Below are positions 25,101 to 37,078 of a stretch of DNA of 64,000 nt, in pieces. Within the stretch, counting starts at the first letter, position 1, and each line of letters begins with the position of its first letter. The position numbers and the translations under genes are program-made. This DNA comes from Chlorokybus atmophyticus (taxonomy: Eukaryota; Plantae; Mesostigma and Chlorokybus algae). Under the pieces are notes generated by a model. That model was not told the DNA's origin. It worked only from the letters and a program-made list of their open reading frames with translations, and searched no databases. The stretch spans positions 802,159 through 866,158 of the forward strand of contig RHPI01003156.1 in assembly GCA_009103225.1 (NCBI GenBank), read 5' to 3'.

Positions 25101-26238
25101 ATGGCTTCTTTTGACTCACGCGCAATCTTCAAGCGGGTTAAGACATAACATGAGGAAGCTCCAGATCAACGCAAGCGTGCACGCAAAGACGCTTGGGAGC
25201 TCTCCAATGCCCAAAAGCTTCTCCTCGACAACAATGGTGTACTCCCTGAAGACTACGACAGCATCCCGTTTACGCAGTCAGAAGCTGACATCTTCATCAA
25301 AGATGTCATTCGCGCTAGCGACAAGTTCAAGCAGGAACACGGAGTTGGCATCATCACAGGTGCTATCCATATGAACCACATGATGTACAATACAGTTACA
25401 ACATTTTTATTTATTGAATAATACATTGCGTGTTTGATGTGTTAGGTGGTTGCAAACATTTCATGAAGATTTTGGGGCATGACCTTCCCTCCAACACCAA
25501 ACGCACTATTGCCTATGTGGCTTGGAATCAAGTTTTTGCAGAACTTAACCCTAAAAACAATAAAATTGGACGAAAACCGATTCGCGCCCAACAGATGGTG
25601 GAGTTGGTAGTCTGCTACAAGGCGTGCTCGTTTGACGAGGCCAAAGTACTTTCCAATGGCGAAGCTGCTGACTACCTCGATGCCATCCATGAGCAAGACC
25701 CCAAATACAAAAAGACCAACAGCACTACATCTGATGAGGTATGTACTATGCTTCATGTGTTGTAGCATTTGAAGCACAAGTTGAGCTCTGAAAAACACAT
25801 CTTGCACGCAGGTCGCGAATGAGGTGCGTGACTTACTCAACAATAGTTGCATGGATGCCACACTCGCACTACCCGCAACACCTTTACTCAAAGCCACTCG
25901 CAGCAACCGCGCTGTCGCAAAGCCTTGAAGGGTAGTCATGGTTTTGTGTACCTACTACGGCATATACATGAAGGCAAAGTTTATATAGGACAAGCAACCT
26001 AGTACGAAGATTTCATGAGCACCGACGTCACCCACCTCGCAAGTTGCAGCAAGACTTGGACGTGACTCAACCGTTTCAAAACCAGGTTGAGATGCGGTCT
26101 TTGGGGTGGGCTACGACCAAGGACGAGCTGGATGCTTTAAAAGCCAAGTTCATTCGCGAGTATAATTCAAGCGCGCCAAACGGCTACAATGTGGATCAAG
26201 GCAATCCCGCAAAATTCAAGGCATTTTGGGCACGTTAG
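25101..26238 (+). pseudogene. ORF X (unknown domain) followed by a GIY-YIG endonuclease domain; exons 25101-25359, 25446-25738, 25812-26238
   Basis: GFVYLLRHIHEGKVYIGQA / VRRFHEHRRHPP / LKAKFIREYNSSAPNGYN. The upstream exons align with those of element 2. Contains a stop and frameshifts. Confidence 0.8.
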
Positions 26239-27853
26239 CGTAGAAATCCTCATTTTGGTAGAAATAAGCGTTAAACAATACAATGGTAGTAATAACGTAA
26301 TACCTTTGGTGTCTGAATATGATGTTCAAAATGCATGTAACAATACATCCCACATCCTCATCCCTATCGCTATTCCTAACTCCATCCCTACCCCTATCAT
26401 TTACCCATGCCTCCACTACCACTCACCATTCTCAAACCTCTATATTCCCATCCTTAACCCTATCCCCACCTGTCCCTATCCCTATCTCTATCCCCATCCC
26501 TTGCCCATCCTTATCCCTATCCCTGTCCCTATCCCTACGCTTCTCCTAATCACCACCACATGCTATTCCCAACCCGGTCAACATCACACTATCACCATCC
26601 CTATCCCTATTACAATAACTACTCTCACCACTATCTCTATCCCTACGATTCACCCTATCACCACCACATGCATTAACCCTTTCACCACGGCATGCACTTG
26701 GCAACCACATGCAGCGTCACACACTTAAAATCAAAGTGACACAGAATAACATAAAAAAACTGTAGTTACGACCATATCTACAAATGTCAATATCATTGCA
26801 CCAACTTTGCAACCAAATGTAGCAGCACGCGTCGGATCTGTGCAAGAAAAACGTCAGTAATTTGTACAATATATCACACCTTATGGGACACATCATACTT
26901 ACCTCCAGCTTATCTTCCTTGCCGCGATGATCTCGAGGCAATGCTCGGAGCTCTTTCGTCATCTTGAAAATTTCACCCACACTTTCCGGTGCAACAAAAT
27001 CCATGGCCAACTTCACGCAAGACTGCGACATCAATGCACGCGAATTAAATACAAAATACAAAATACGGGTTGATTGAAAATGACTGCAGCTTTACCTTCA
27101 AATTGCGGACCTGGTGTGGACATCCAGCAGGTATAAATATAGCATCTCCGACATATTGGATAATACGCCAAGGTGTAACACCTACCACATCAATAATCAC
27201 GACAGATTAGATACCAATCAATTCAACCCTCATTAAACATACAACAACAAAACCATAGCAACACATTTTATAGCCAACAGCTTACCGTATTGCTCTTGCA
27301 ATTCCAATAAATGTTCAACACGCAAATAAAATGTCTGATCTTGAATTGGGTCAGTCACCTACAACCACAACTCAAATGAGTATCACACAAATGAATTAGC
27401 TCATAAACGACATAATGATTTGTAATTATCACCTCCTGCAAAGGGGCATTGTGAAGATAACGAAATCGGTGTTTATTCTCCACCAGATATGCACGCAGCT
27501 TGTTGACATCTTAACGATGAAAGATATCCCATACAGCTCCGCCAGTAGGTGCCTAACACAAATCATCAACTGACGACAATTGCAAGTGGGGCAAGTGGGG
27601 CAATTGCAAGTAGACATACACCTATCAATATATGTCAGCAAATATACATACCGTATTTTGCATACGAGCTTTTCCCGATAACTTTTTCGCTGCACACGAA
27701 CTTCATCACCACATGGATCCTGAGTGAACATCAACACATTGACCTATAGATGATGCCCAAGTTATCAAACCATATAACACTACCATAATCAACAATTCAA
27801 TCACTCACCGCATCAGACATGTCGCAGTGTAAATGCGTAACAGAATTCCCCAC

Positions 27854-29880
27854 CTCACGTTCCTCTTCGCATCCATAACCAATGTAGCATTTCGGACCCA
27901 AATCCGCAGGAATGTGCTCCTGCAAATGAATATGGTGACAACATATTCTCATCTCACATACTTTCCGAAAATATGTAACTCGCTATATTTGAAACACCCA
28001 ATCCCTCTCTTATCTCTCACGCTAACCCTATGCATGCCTAACGCTATCCCTACCCTCTCCCTCTCCCTCTCCGTGATCCTCTCCCTCCCCCTTCCCAGCT
28101 TCTATCCCTCTCCCTATTCCTCCCCCTATCTCTATCCCTGCCCTATCTTGCCCTATCCTTATCCATCTCCTTGTCCCTCTCCCTCCCCATCTCCCTCTCC
28201 CTCTCCCTCTTTTATACCTCTCCATATCGCTATCCTACTCCTCTCTCTCTCCCTCTCCCTCCCTCTCCTTCATATCCCTGACCCTATCCCTCTCCCTCTC
28301 CCTGTTGCTGTCTCTCTCCCTCTCCCTTTCCCTCTTCGTCTCCCTCTCACTCTTCTATCCCTCTCCATGTTCGTCTGCCTATCCCTCTCCCTCTCCCTCT
28401 CCCTCTCCCTCTTCTAACCCCCCCCTAGCCCTATGCCTCTCCCTATCTCTATCCCTACCCTCTCCCTCTCCCTCTCCCTCACCCGCTCTCCCCTCCTTCT
28501 CCCTATCCTTATCCGTCTCCCTACCCCTATCCCTCTACCTCTCTCTCTCCCTCACGTTCCTCTTCGCATCCATAACCAATGTAGCATTTCGGACCCAAAT
28601 CCGCAAGCATGTGCTCCTGCAAATGAATATGGTGACAACATATTGTCATCTCACATACTTTCCGAAAATATGTAACTCGCTATATCTGAAACACCCAATC
28701 CCTCTCTTATCTCTCACGCTAACCCTATGCATGCCTAACGCTATCCCTACCCTCTCCCTCTCCCTCTCCGAGATCCTCTCCCTCCCCCTGTTCAGCTTCT
28801 ATCCCTCTCCCTATTCCTCCCCCTATCTCTATCCCTGCCCTATCTTGCCCTATCCTTATCCATCTCCTTGTCCCTCTCCCTCCCCATCTCCCTCTCCCTC
28901 TCCCTCTTCTATACCTCTCCATATCGCTATCCTACTCCTCTCTCTCTCTCCCTCTCCCTCCCTCTCCTTCCTATCCCTGACCCTATCCCCCTCCCTCTCC
29001 CTGTTGCTGTCTCTCTCCCTCTCCCTTTCCCTCTTCGTCTCCCTCTCACTCTTCTATCCCTCTCCATGTTCGTCTGCCTATCCCTCTCCCTCTCCCTCTC
29101 CCTCTCCCTCTTCTAACCCCCCCCTAGCCCTATGCCTCTCCCTATCTCTATCCCTACCCTCTCCCTCTCCCTCTCCCTCACCCGCTCTCCCCTCCTTCTC
29201 CCTATCCTTATCCGTCTCCCTACCCCTATCCCTCTACCTCTCTCTCTCCCTCACGTTCCTCTTCGCATCCATAACCAATGTAGCATTTCGGACCCAAATC
29301 CGCAAGCATGTGCTCCTGCAAATGAATATGGTGACAACATATTGTCATCTCACATACTTTCCGAAAATATGTAACTCGCTATATCTGAAACACCCAATCC
29401 CTCTCTTATCTCTCACGCTAACCCTATGCATGCCTAACGCTATCCCTACCCTCTCCCTCTCCCTCTCCGAGATCCTCTCCCTCCCCCTGTTCAGCTTCTA
29501 TCCCTCTCCCTATTCCTCCCCCTATCTCTATCCCTGCCCTATCCTTATCCATCTCCTTGTCCCTCTCCCTCCCCATCTCCCTCTCCCTCTCCCTCTTCTA
29601 TACCTCTCCATATCGCTATCCTACTCCTCTCTCTCTCTCCCTCTCCCTCCCTCTCCTTCCTATCCCTGACCCTATCCCCCTCCCTCTCCCTGTTGCTGTC
29701 TCTCTCCCTCTCCCTTTCCCTCTTCGTCTCCCTCTCACTCTTCTATCCCTCTCCCTGTTCGTCTCCCTATCCCTCTCCCTCTCCCTCTCCCTCTCCCTCT
29801 TCTAACCCCCCCCTAGCCCTATGCCTCTCCCTATCTCTATCCCTACCCTCTCCCTCTCCCTCTCCCGCTCCCTCCCTGCT
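27854..29880. repeat. Three tandem copies of a unit of about 700 bp (CCCTAT/CCCTCT-rich intron plus part of a JmjC exon)
   Basis: CTCACGTTCCTCTTCGCATCC recurs at 27854, 28551 and 29250. Confidence 0.95.
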
Positions 29881-31479
29881 TCTCCCTATCCCTATCCTTA
29901 TCCGTCTCCCTACCCTTGTTCCTGTCCCTATCCCTATCTATCTCCCTCTCCATGTCCCTCCTTGTATCCCTCACCCTGTGCCTCTCCCTACTTTATCCCT
30001 ACCGTACCCCTCTCCCTCTTGCATCCCTCTCCCTACCCCTATCCCTCTCCCTATATCTATCCCTACCTTACCCCACCCTACCCCGAAAAAAGCAAAAACG
30101 TGGTAATGTGCAATAACATTATGCAACCACATTAATCCACATTAATCAACACATACCTCAGGATCATAACATAATTGGCTAAATTCACCGTTTTGATGCG
30201 TGTACTCTTTTTAAGGCAACATGTCTATGAAATCTGCATAAAGCTCAGGTAGCACATCTTGTAAAGAAGCCTAACAATACAAAACAACATTATTATCAAT
30301 ACACAAATACAGCATTTTTTTGGCCACAGATGCCAACGAACCTTTGTAGGCCAATTCTTTATTTTGAAGAATTTGCGTGTGTGGTCGGGAGTATCATACC
30401 CATGTGCGAAGCCTCGGAAAAACTCGGCAGTACTCAACTTGACCTGAACAACAACAATGCAATGAGGACAAACAAACCCAATAATATAAACACAATTAAT
30501 AAACCTACCTCACACCATCCATCACAATCCAACACAACAACAGAGGGGGAGATGCTGCCGATATCACGCCGTAAACTTCGAACGCTCAAATCAACACTCA
30601 TTTCACCAGTTTGTCTGATACGCTCCACAACGACGGGATGTCCACGTCGCAAATGCCATTGGAAATGGCTCAACCTAGCTTTATCTACAAACAACATAAT
30701 TAAATGAGTTTAACACAATGCACATACACACACCCTTAAACTGGTCATGATCTTACCTTTGTTGAATTTTACCAGTGGGATACGAAACACGTCATAGTCC
30801 TGTAACAACAACACAATTATGAAACGGACAAATCACAACCAACTGAACTAAACAATAGATAGGACAAAACAACCATAGCGTTGACATTTACCTTACTAGT
30901 CTCGTACACAGGTAGATAGATAGCTTGCACCGCCATATGCGCCCAATCAGAATGCACCACAACACCTCTATTAACATGTACATTATCAACACGATTTAAT
31001 GCAAACACGAAGCATCACACAAGCAACACCTGTATGATGGTCTGATCGATTTCCTCTCACGCATTTCCATGCATAGCTTGCAACCCTGTGCAACAAACCA
31101 GGTTAAATAAAACAATATATAGCAACATCGTCAAACAATCACCAGAAAAAGGGAACAAATATACCTCATCAACCACAGCTTCAGAAGGGCCCTTCGACAG
31201 TTGCGAGACTTTTAAACGTAAAGCAGCGCGGTCTATATGAAAGACTTGCTGCACACGAATAGCACCTACATGGCTAACATCGTTGCACAATGCTATACAA
31301 GATGAACTACATCGTTCAAGAAAGCACTGTGCACAAATATCAAAACCTTTGCACAATACACATGTGCAATGTATGTCTTCAATACTCCCGCGACATCGAT
31401 TACTGCAAACGCATTTAGTCACATGTGCAAGGTAGAGGCAACTCAACAAAAAAGCTTTCAAATAGCAAAAAGTAGAGAA

Positions 31480-32020
31480 CAGTGGGATAAGGACAGGGAA
31501 AGGGATAAGAATATGATACGAACAGGGATAGGGATAGGAAGAGGGAGACCGAGAAAAAGGAATAGAAAAGTAGGAAAAGGGATACAAATATGGATAGGCA
31601 GAGGGATAGGATAACGGATAGGGATAGGGAGTAGGGGATATACATAAGGAAAAGAAATAAGGATAGTGATAGGTAGAGGATAGGAACAGGGATAGGAATA
31701 GGAACAGGGGGAGAGAGAGAGAAAAGTAGATAGAGTCAAGGATAGGAAAGGATACAAATAAGGATAGGGATAGGGAATAGGGGTTGGAGAATAAGAGTGC
31801 GTGGAAGGGAAAGGGATAAGGAAAATCACGAGGATAGGGAGAGGGATAAATATAAAAAGACAAATAGCAGAGGGGAAATAGGGATAGGGGAATAAGAGGG
31901 ATAGGGGTAGGAATATGATCAGAATAGGAGATAGGCGATAGAAGATAGGAGGATAGGTGGGGGTTGTATTAAGTATAGATGCAAAGGAAAGGAATAAGAT
32001 AGGGGCAAGTATAGAGCATA
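31480..32020 (+). repeat. (GATAGG)n-rich purine tract within a JmjC intron
   Basis: Same motif as 20200-20700; the reverse complement form occurs at 26350-26660 and 28000-30080. Confidence 0.9.
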
Positions 32021-34161
32021 GGTAGAGTGCGAGGCTTACCAAAGTAACCGTGCACAAACCACAGTAGGTAGATCCATTAGTTGGTGTTGTTCTAGAAACA
32101 CAAAGTCAATAACAACCACAAAAGCAAAAAAACACAAACCGAGTACAACAACAAACTTACTTGTTAAAGTCAAGGTGTCCAATTGGAGCTCAATGATAGT
32201 GATAACCACCTTGGCAACATGTTGCAGTATATAGCTCATAGTGCCAGATTTGATACTCATAGGAATTTCTCTTGCCTGTAAATTCCATCACATATGACTA
32301 TACCACACACCACAAGGCAAAGCATACACCACAAAATTACCGCCGCACCTTACGTTGCCTAGATGACAACACATTTTCAAGATCTATCTCTTCAAGAGCA
32401 CGCTTGCCGGTCTTCTTCCCTGGCTTGCCTTTGTTGCCTCGAGTTTTCCCTTGTTTTGTACCCTTTGCAACCTCCTCACATGCACCTGTTCAACCGATAC
32501 ATATCAAACACATAACACACAATTCAAGCACATACAACCCACAACATACCGCCATCACTGTGCAGCACAACCGGAGAAGCCACCGTACAACCAACGCCAT
32601 CAGGTGCATCTGGACATACAAAAAATATAACAAAAATTAGCACTAGCTGAGATCCGAGATGAATGCAACACTGTATGTACAACACAACATGAAGCAAACA
32701 GTAACACATGGACACCGCACCGCGCGGCACCGCGGCATCCTCTAGCTGTTGCAGACGCTGCGACAATCCTGCAATCAACTCATGGGCATGATCCAGTCGC
32801 TGCCGCAAGTGCACATTCTCCTCATCACAAATAGCAAGCTGCTCCTGCATCATCACACTAGACACCTCCCACATCTCCGCCATATCATCCACTTGCAACC
32901 GCAACCTACTGGCTTCCCTATCGCGAGTTGCAAGTTCCTCATGCAAGACAACCTGCAATAACAACAAATGAGGAACAACAATCACAAACAGACACACATG
33001 TCCACGAGCAATTACTTGTCTGCACACCACCAACACGTACACGTCGTGACACCAGCTGATCTTGCAGAGCAGATGAGTTGAACACTGCTGCCTCTTCAAC
33101 AACATATGGAACGGCAGGACTGCCTTCCGCCGCAGCAGCGGGAACCGGCAAGGCAATCAGTGGTTGCTTGCCCTACAACAACAAACCACACTAACTTTGC
33201 AACCATATTGCAAAACCAAACAAACAGTAACACATGAATACATACCTTGAATGCCTTGAACGCTTGTTTCGCTCGGGCCCAGGTACCTGCACACTGCATA
33301 ATACAACATGGAACAACAACAAGCCATACACATAATGTTACAGTTACAATAGCAATAACACATACAAAATCGGGCTGCTGCATAAAGGCACGCTCCAATG
33401 GACGAACATGACGAGGACGCTGTCCCACCTGATATGGTAAAAACCATAAGTACTCATAATGTCAACAAGATAGTACAATAGAGATAATACAGCACAAACT
33501 TACTTGAATGGTAAGAAGAATAGCCTTGGCTAAGGTTTTCATATCAGCACCACTCTCCTCACCACCACCATGGAACCGCATACGGAAATAACGACAGGTG
33601 GCGGTTTGCAGATGCTGACGAACTTTGAAAAGATCACCCACTTTCACATTGGACCCACAGTAACGACATCCCCATTCACACAAACTAGCCATGAAATAAA
33701 AACTCCTGCACATCGTTAACATCGTTCACACACAGTTGCCGTACAATACCATAAAGCATGATAAAATTACGTAAACACCATTCTACCTTCACACGTAAAA
33801 AACTGTAGTTAATCTACTCTCGAATGCTCCAGTGTCGTCACCAGCGGCACCTGACCTCACCCCACACCACCACCACATCATACCTATCATACAAACGACC
33901 CTGTCACATCCACAACACGAACACATTAAGCAACCGCCGCCGCCGATGTCAGTCACACAGTCGTAACACATGGCAGCAAACGTACTTTCATCAGCTGTTC
34001 AGCTGCCGTATGCGCCTGCGGCTGTCTACGGCGACTGCGCTCACCCCACGCCGCACATCAACCCGTCACGTCCACACGCCAGTACAGCGGACGACCGCCG
34101 CCGCCGCCGCCGCCAACGACAACCAGACAGATGTACCGCCTGGCCGGCGCCGTAAAACGCT

Positions 34162-34170
34162 AAACCCTAA
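34162..34170 (+). promoter_or_regulatory. Telobox AAACCCTAA upstream of the JmjC gene
   Basis: Exact match to the plant telobox, next to a GCC-rich putative 5' UTR. Confidence 0.45.
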
Positions 34171-34807
34171 TACACGTTCCAAATCCTATTAACACACAAA
34201 GGAAAACCGACATTTGGAAATGCCGATAGCTAACAACCGCCCATTATAACCAAACATATTTCACATCCACCAACGCAACCATATAGGAATACTAATACGA
34301 AAGTTTTGATTCGAGCCCTGTCAGCCTCCATCCTAGTTTGCTTGTACATTTGCATGCGCGTGTGAGTGACACTGTGCATGTTGTTGTGCTCATTTTGCAT
34401 ATTTGTATGCATTGTGAGCTGCTGCTTAACCTGGGGATGTAGGTTAAACGGTCCAGATCTTTTGATTTCTGATCCAACGGGCCCATTGTTTACACCGCCC
34501 AGCCTATCAGAAGGCTGGAGGCGGTACAGCGCGAGTTTCGCGCGTTTGTCGGACCTCGACCGGACGTTGCCGGTCGCAACCGGCGTCTTTTTATCATTTA
34601 ATCATTTAATCATTTGTGCTTTATAAACGCTTATTTGGGTAAGTGTCTGAGGGATTCTTACCCTCTATTCTCTTAGCTCTTATTCTAACTACCATACCAT
34701 AAAGGGTGGACGGCCTCTGTGGACGGCCCCTCGCTTCCTAGTGTCAGAGCAAGTCTCGCCTATGCCAATCGGGCGTGAAAACATTTAAACAAAATCATGT
34801 GTGGGGG

Positions 34808-34972
34808 NNNNNNNNNNNNNNNNNNNNNNNNNNNNNNNNNNNNNNNNNNNNNNNNNNNNNNNNNNNNNNNNNNNNNNNNNNNNNNNNNNNNNNNNNNNNN
34901 NNNNNNNNNNNNNNNNNNNNNNNNNNNNNNNNNNNNNNNNNNNNNNNNNNNNNNNNNNNNNNNNNNNNNNNN
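34808..34972. other. Assembly gap (165 N) between two versions of the LTR-end/PBS sequence
   Basis: N run with near-duplicate flanks. Confidence 1.
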
Positions 34973-36637
34973 CTCGCTTCCTGGTATCAGAGCAAGTCTC
35001 GCCTACGCCAATCGGGCGTGAAAACATTTAAATAAAATCATGGGGGGGGTGGGGGGTGGGGGGGGGGTTACAATTGCAATAAACCTTGGGCCTATCAGAT
35101 TAGTACAATGAGTACTAACAGCGGGGATTCCGTCAATGACGATATCAACCCTTAAGAAATTGAGGAGGTTACCGACAATATGTATAGTAGCACGATATAT
35201 ACATACTGTCGGTATCCTCCTCTTGGTAGTATCTGCAATAGTATTGCAGATACTATGACCAGCATTTCTGCCCCAAGAGCAGCACCTATTGTGCCTAATT
35301 GCCACAAAAGAAATTTCCAATGCCAACTAAAATATTTTTTTCGAGGAAATCCCATGAAGATGTTGGTCGGTGGATTTCACACTCAGCGCGGTTGTATCAG
35401 TGGTCTGAGGATGAGAAGTTTAATTTGACAACCACATGCTTGCGCAATGGCGCACAAGATTGGTTCGACCAGTCTGATTGAAATAGTTGAAAATAATTTA
35501 AGGAGCGCTACACGTGCGCTTTGACACTGTTGATTCCAATGTGTGGACGACGAAACTGAACAGTCGTAAACAGGAAGTTGGTGAATCAGTGTAAATATAC
35601 ACGGATGGCATTCAAGTCCTCATAGACAAACTCGGGAGGAAAACCTTCCCCGCAACGTGGCGCAAGGTACGCTTTATTCAAGGACTTCTCCCTCACCTAC
35701 ATGAAAAAGGTGACTGCACGCATACCTGAAACCTTAGGAAATGCATTACGGGATGCAAGATATTTTGAGTCCGCGGCCTTGGTGCAACAGCAAACAAAGG
35801 CTAAAGACGAAGACGAAGGTCAATGCTGTACAAGCACGTGATCCGGCATACAATGCACTTGAGACAAAGGTTGACCTTACTCAAAAGCTTCAGCATTAGC
35901 GCGAGCAAACTCTCACACCCAACTGGTGAAGCAAACCAAGTACTCCAAGCACAAAAGTGGTAACAAACCAGAGTCAAGCTACAGTGGTATTAAGAAGAAC
36001 TTCAACAGAAGCAACATGCACTGCACATGTTGTAACAAATCGGGTCACACTGCAAAAGGATGCTTCATTAATGAGAGGGATGAATTGCGCAAGTGCACAA
36101 ATCCTCACAGCGACAAGTGCAGCTAGTGAGTTTGCAAGACTTGGTCACTGAGGACACTGCTTTTGCAATCACAAGTCTTACCTCAGGTGGGAAGACCTTT
36201 ATACCTCCCAAAGCTGAGGTGAGAGCAAGTGTGTCACAAGTTGACATCACAGATTTACCGAATGTGCAAGTACCCAAAGGTGCTAAGTACAATGTGATCG
36301 AACAGTTGGACAATATGACAGCTAAAATCTTGCACTTGCTCAAGGTTAGCCCCAAGTATCATTAACACTTGCTCGATTACTTGCATAAGTTCAACCAAGT
36401 TGGCCAATGAAATTAAAGGTATCAAAACTACAGAGTTTCTCAGCGCGATTGCCACCATGGCTGTGCGCTATAAAAGTACAATAGCAATGGTTCACGTCAG
36501 TGGCCATGAGTTGGAAGCTGTCGTAGACTCTGGTGCGGCTTGCACCGTAATGGGCATTGCGACTGCTCGCAAGCTTGGGCTTGAGAAAACAATGCAAGCC
36601 ACAATGTGCACTATGCGCATAGCCAACGGACAGGAAT

Positions 36638-37078
36638 TGTAACAGCACCACCGTCGCTGGTGATGCCCCTTCAATCCTCTACCCACACCCACACCGCCTA
36701 TGACAAGCCTTTCAGCGGCGTGGCCGCCGCTGAGCAGAGAACTAAAATATCCCTTACATCAGTTTGATGTGACCTTTTATATCAAGAGTATATCAAATGT
36801 ATACCTCTCAATAATTCACTCACAATTGAAAGATACCTATCGTAAGGTACCTGACGAGATAGTGATCACATTTTATCAAATGTGACACTAAATACGCTTG
36901 AATAAGCGGTTCTACACCCATTGGGACTTATTGAAGCTATCATAAAGCATCGTAGCCTTTAATAAGCGAGGAACCGTAGAAAAGAGGTAAAAATAAGCAT
37001 ATATTTAGATACTTATTTATACAAAATGTGTTATTTAGGTAGCAATAATACCCCTATTACTATTGCTCTCTCGTTACA
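36638..37078. mobile_element. Solo LTR (441 bp) nested in the Gypsy protease
   Basis: Termini TGTAAC...GTTACA with TSD GGAAT/TGAAT (one mismatch). Removing it restores IANGQE-CSFLG. Confidence 0.8.

Larger units (their letters stand above)
26793..33692 (-). pseudogene. KDM3/JHDM2 (IBM1/JMJ25-like) JmjC histone H3K9 demethylase gene with an unusual N-terminus; about 20 exons, recently decayed
   Basis: Spliced exons give [65 protein letters not shown]...[59 protein letters not shown]...HRGKEDKLE. Fe ligands HxD (27821-27829) and H (27114-27116) are intact. Premature TAA codons at 27511-27513 and 30211-30213. Confidence 0.93.
19727..34342 (+). mobile_element. Helitron-like element 1 (about 14.6 kb; boundaries inferred) carrying RepHel, ORF X-GIY-YIG and a JmjC cargo gene
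   Basis: Internal genes are listed below. ATAGGG/CCCTAT arrays run from 20200 to 32020, and the layout matches element 2. The termini are not proven. Confidence 0.7.

Noticed and set aside
27833-30135. Long plus-strand ORFs (e.g. 454 aa at 28305-29669) rich in SLSL/PSPS
   Set aside because: They are stop-free translations of CCCTAT/CCCTCT simple repeats; the real coding signal is the JmjC gene on the minus strand.
15003-33692. Functional clustering of H1, MOC1 and the JmjC gene as a chromatin/DNA-metabolism gene cluster
   Set aside because: The JmjC gene is best explained as TE cargo and MOC1 acts in plastids, so adjacency is probably coincidental.
34333-34337. CTAG|T as the canonical 3' end of Helitron 1
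   Set aside because: The upstream hairpin is weak and the site is obscured by the adjacent Gypsy LTR; used only as an approximate boundary.
34739-35040. Apparent tandem LTR-end/PBS duplication
   Set aside because: The two versions flank an N gap too short to hold an LTR; this is most likely a contig overlap or haplotype artefact.
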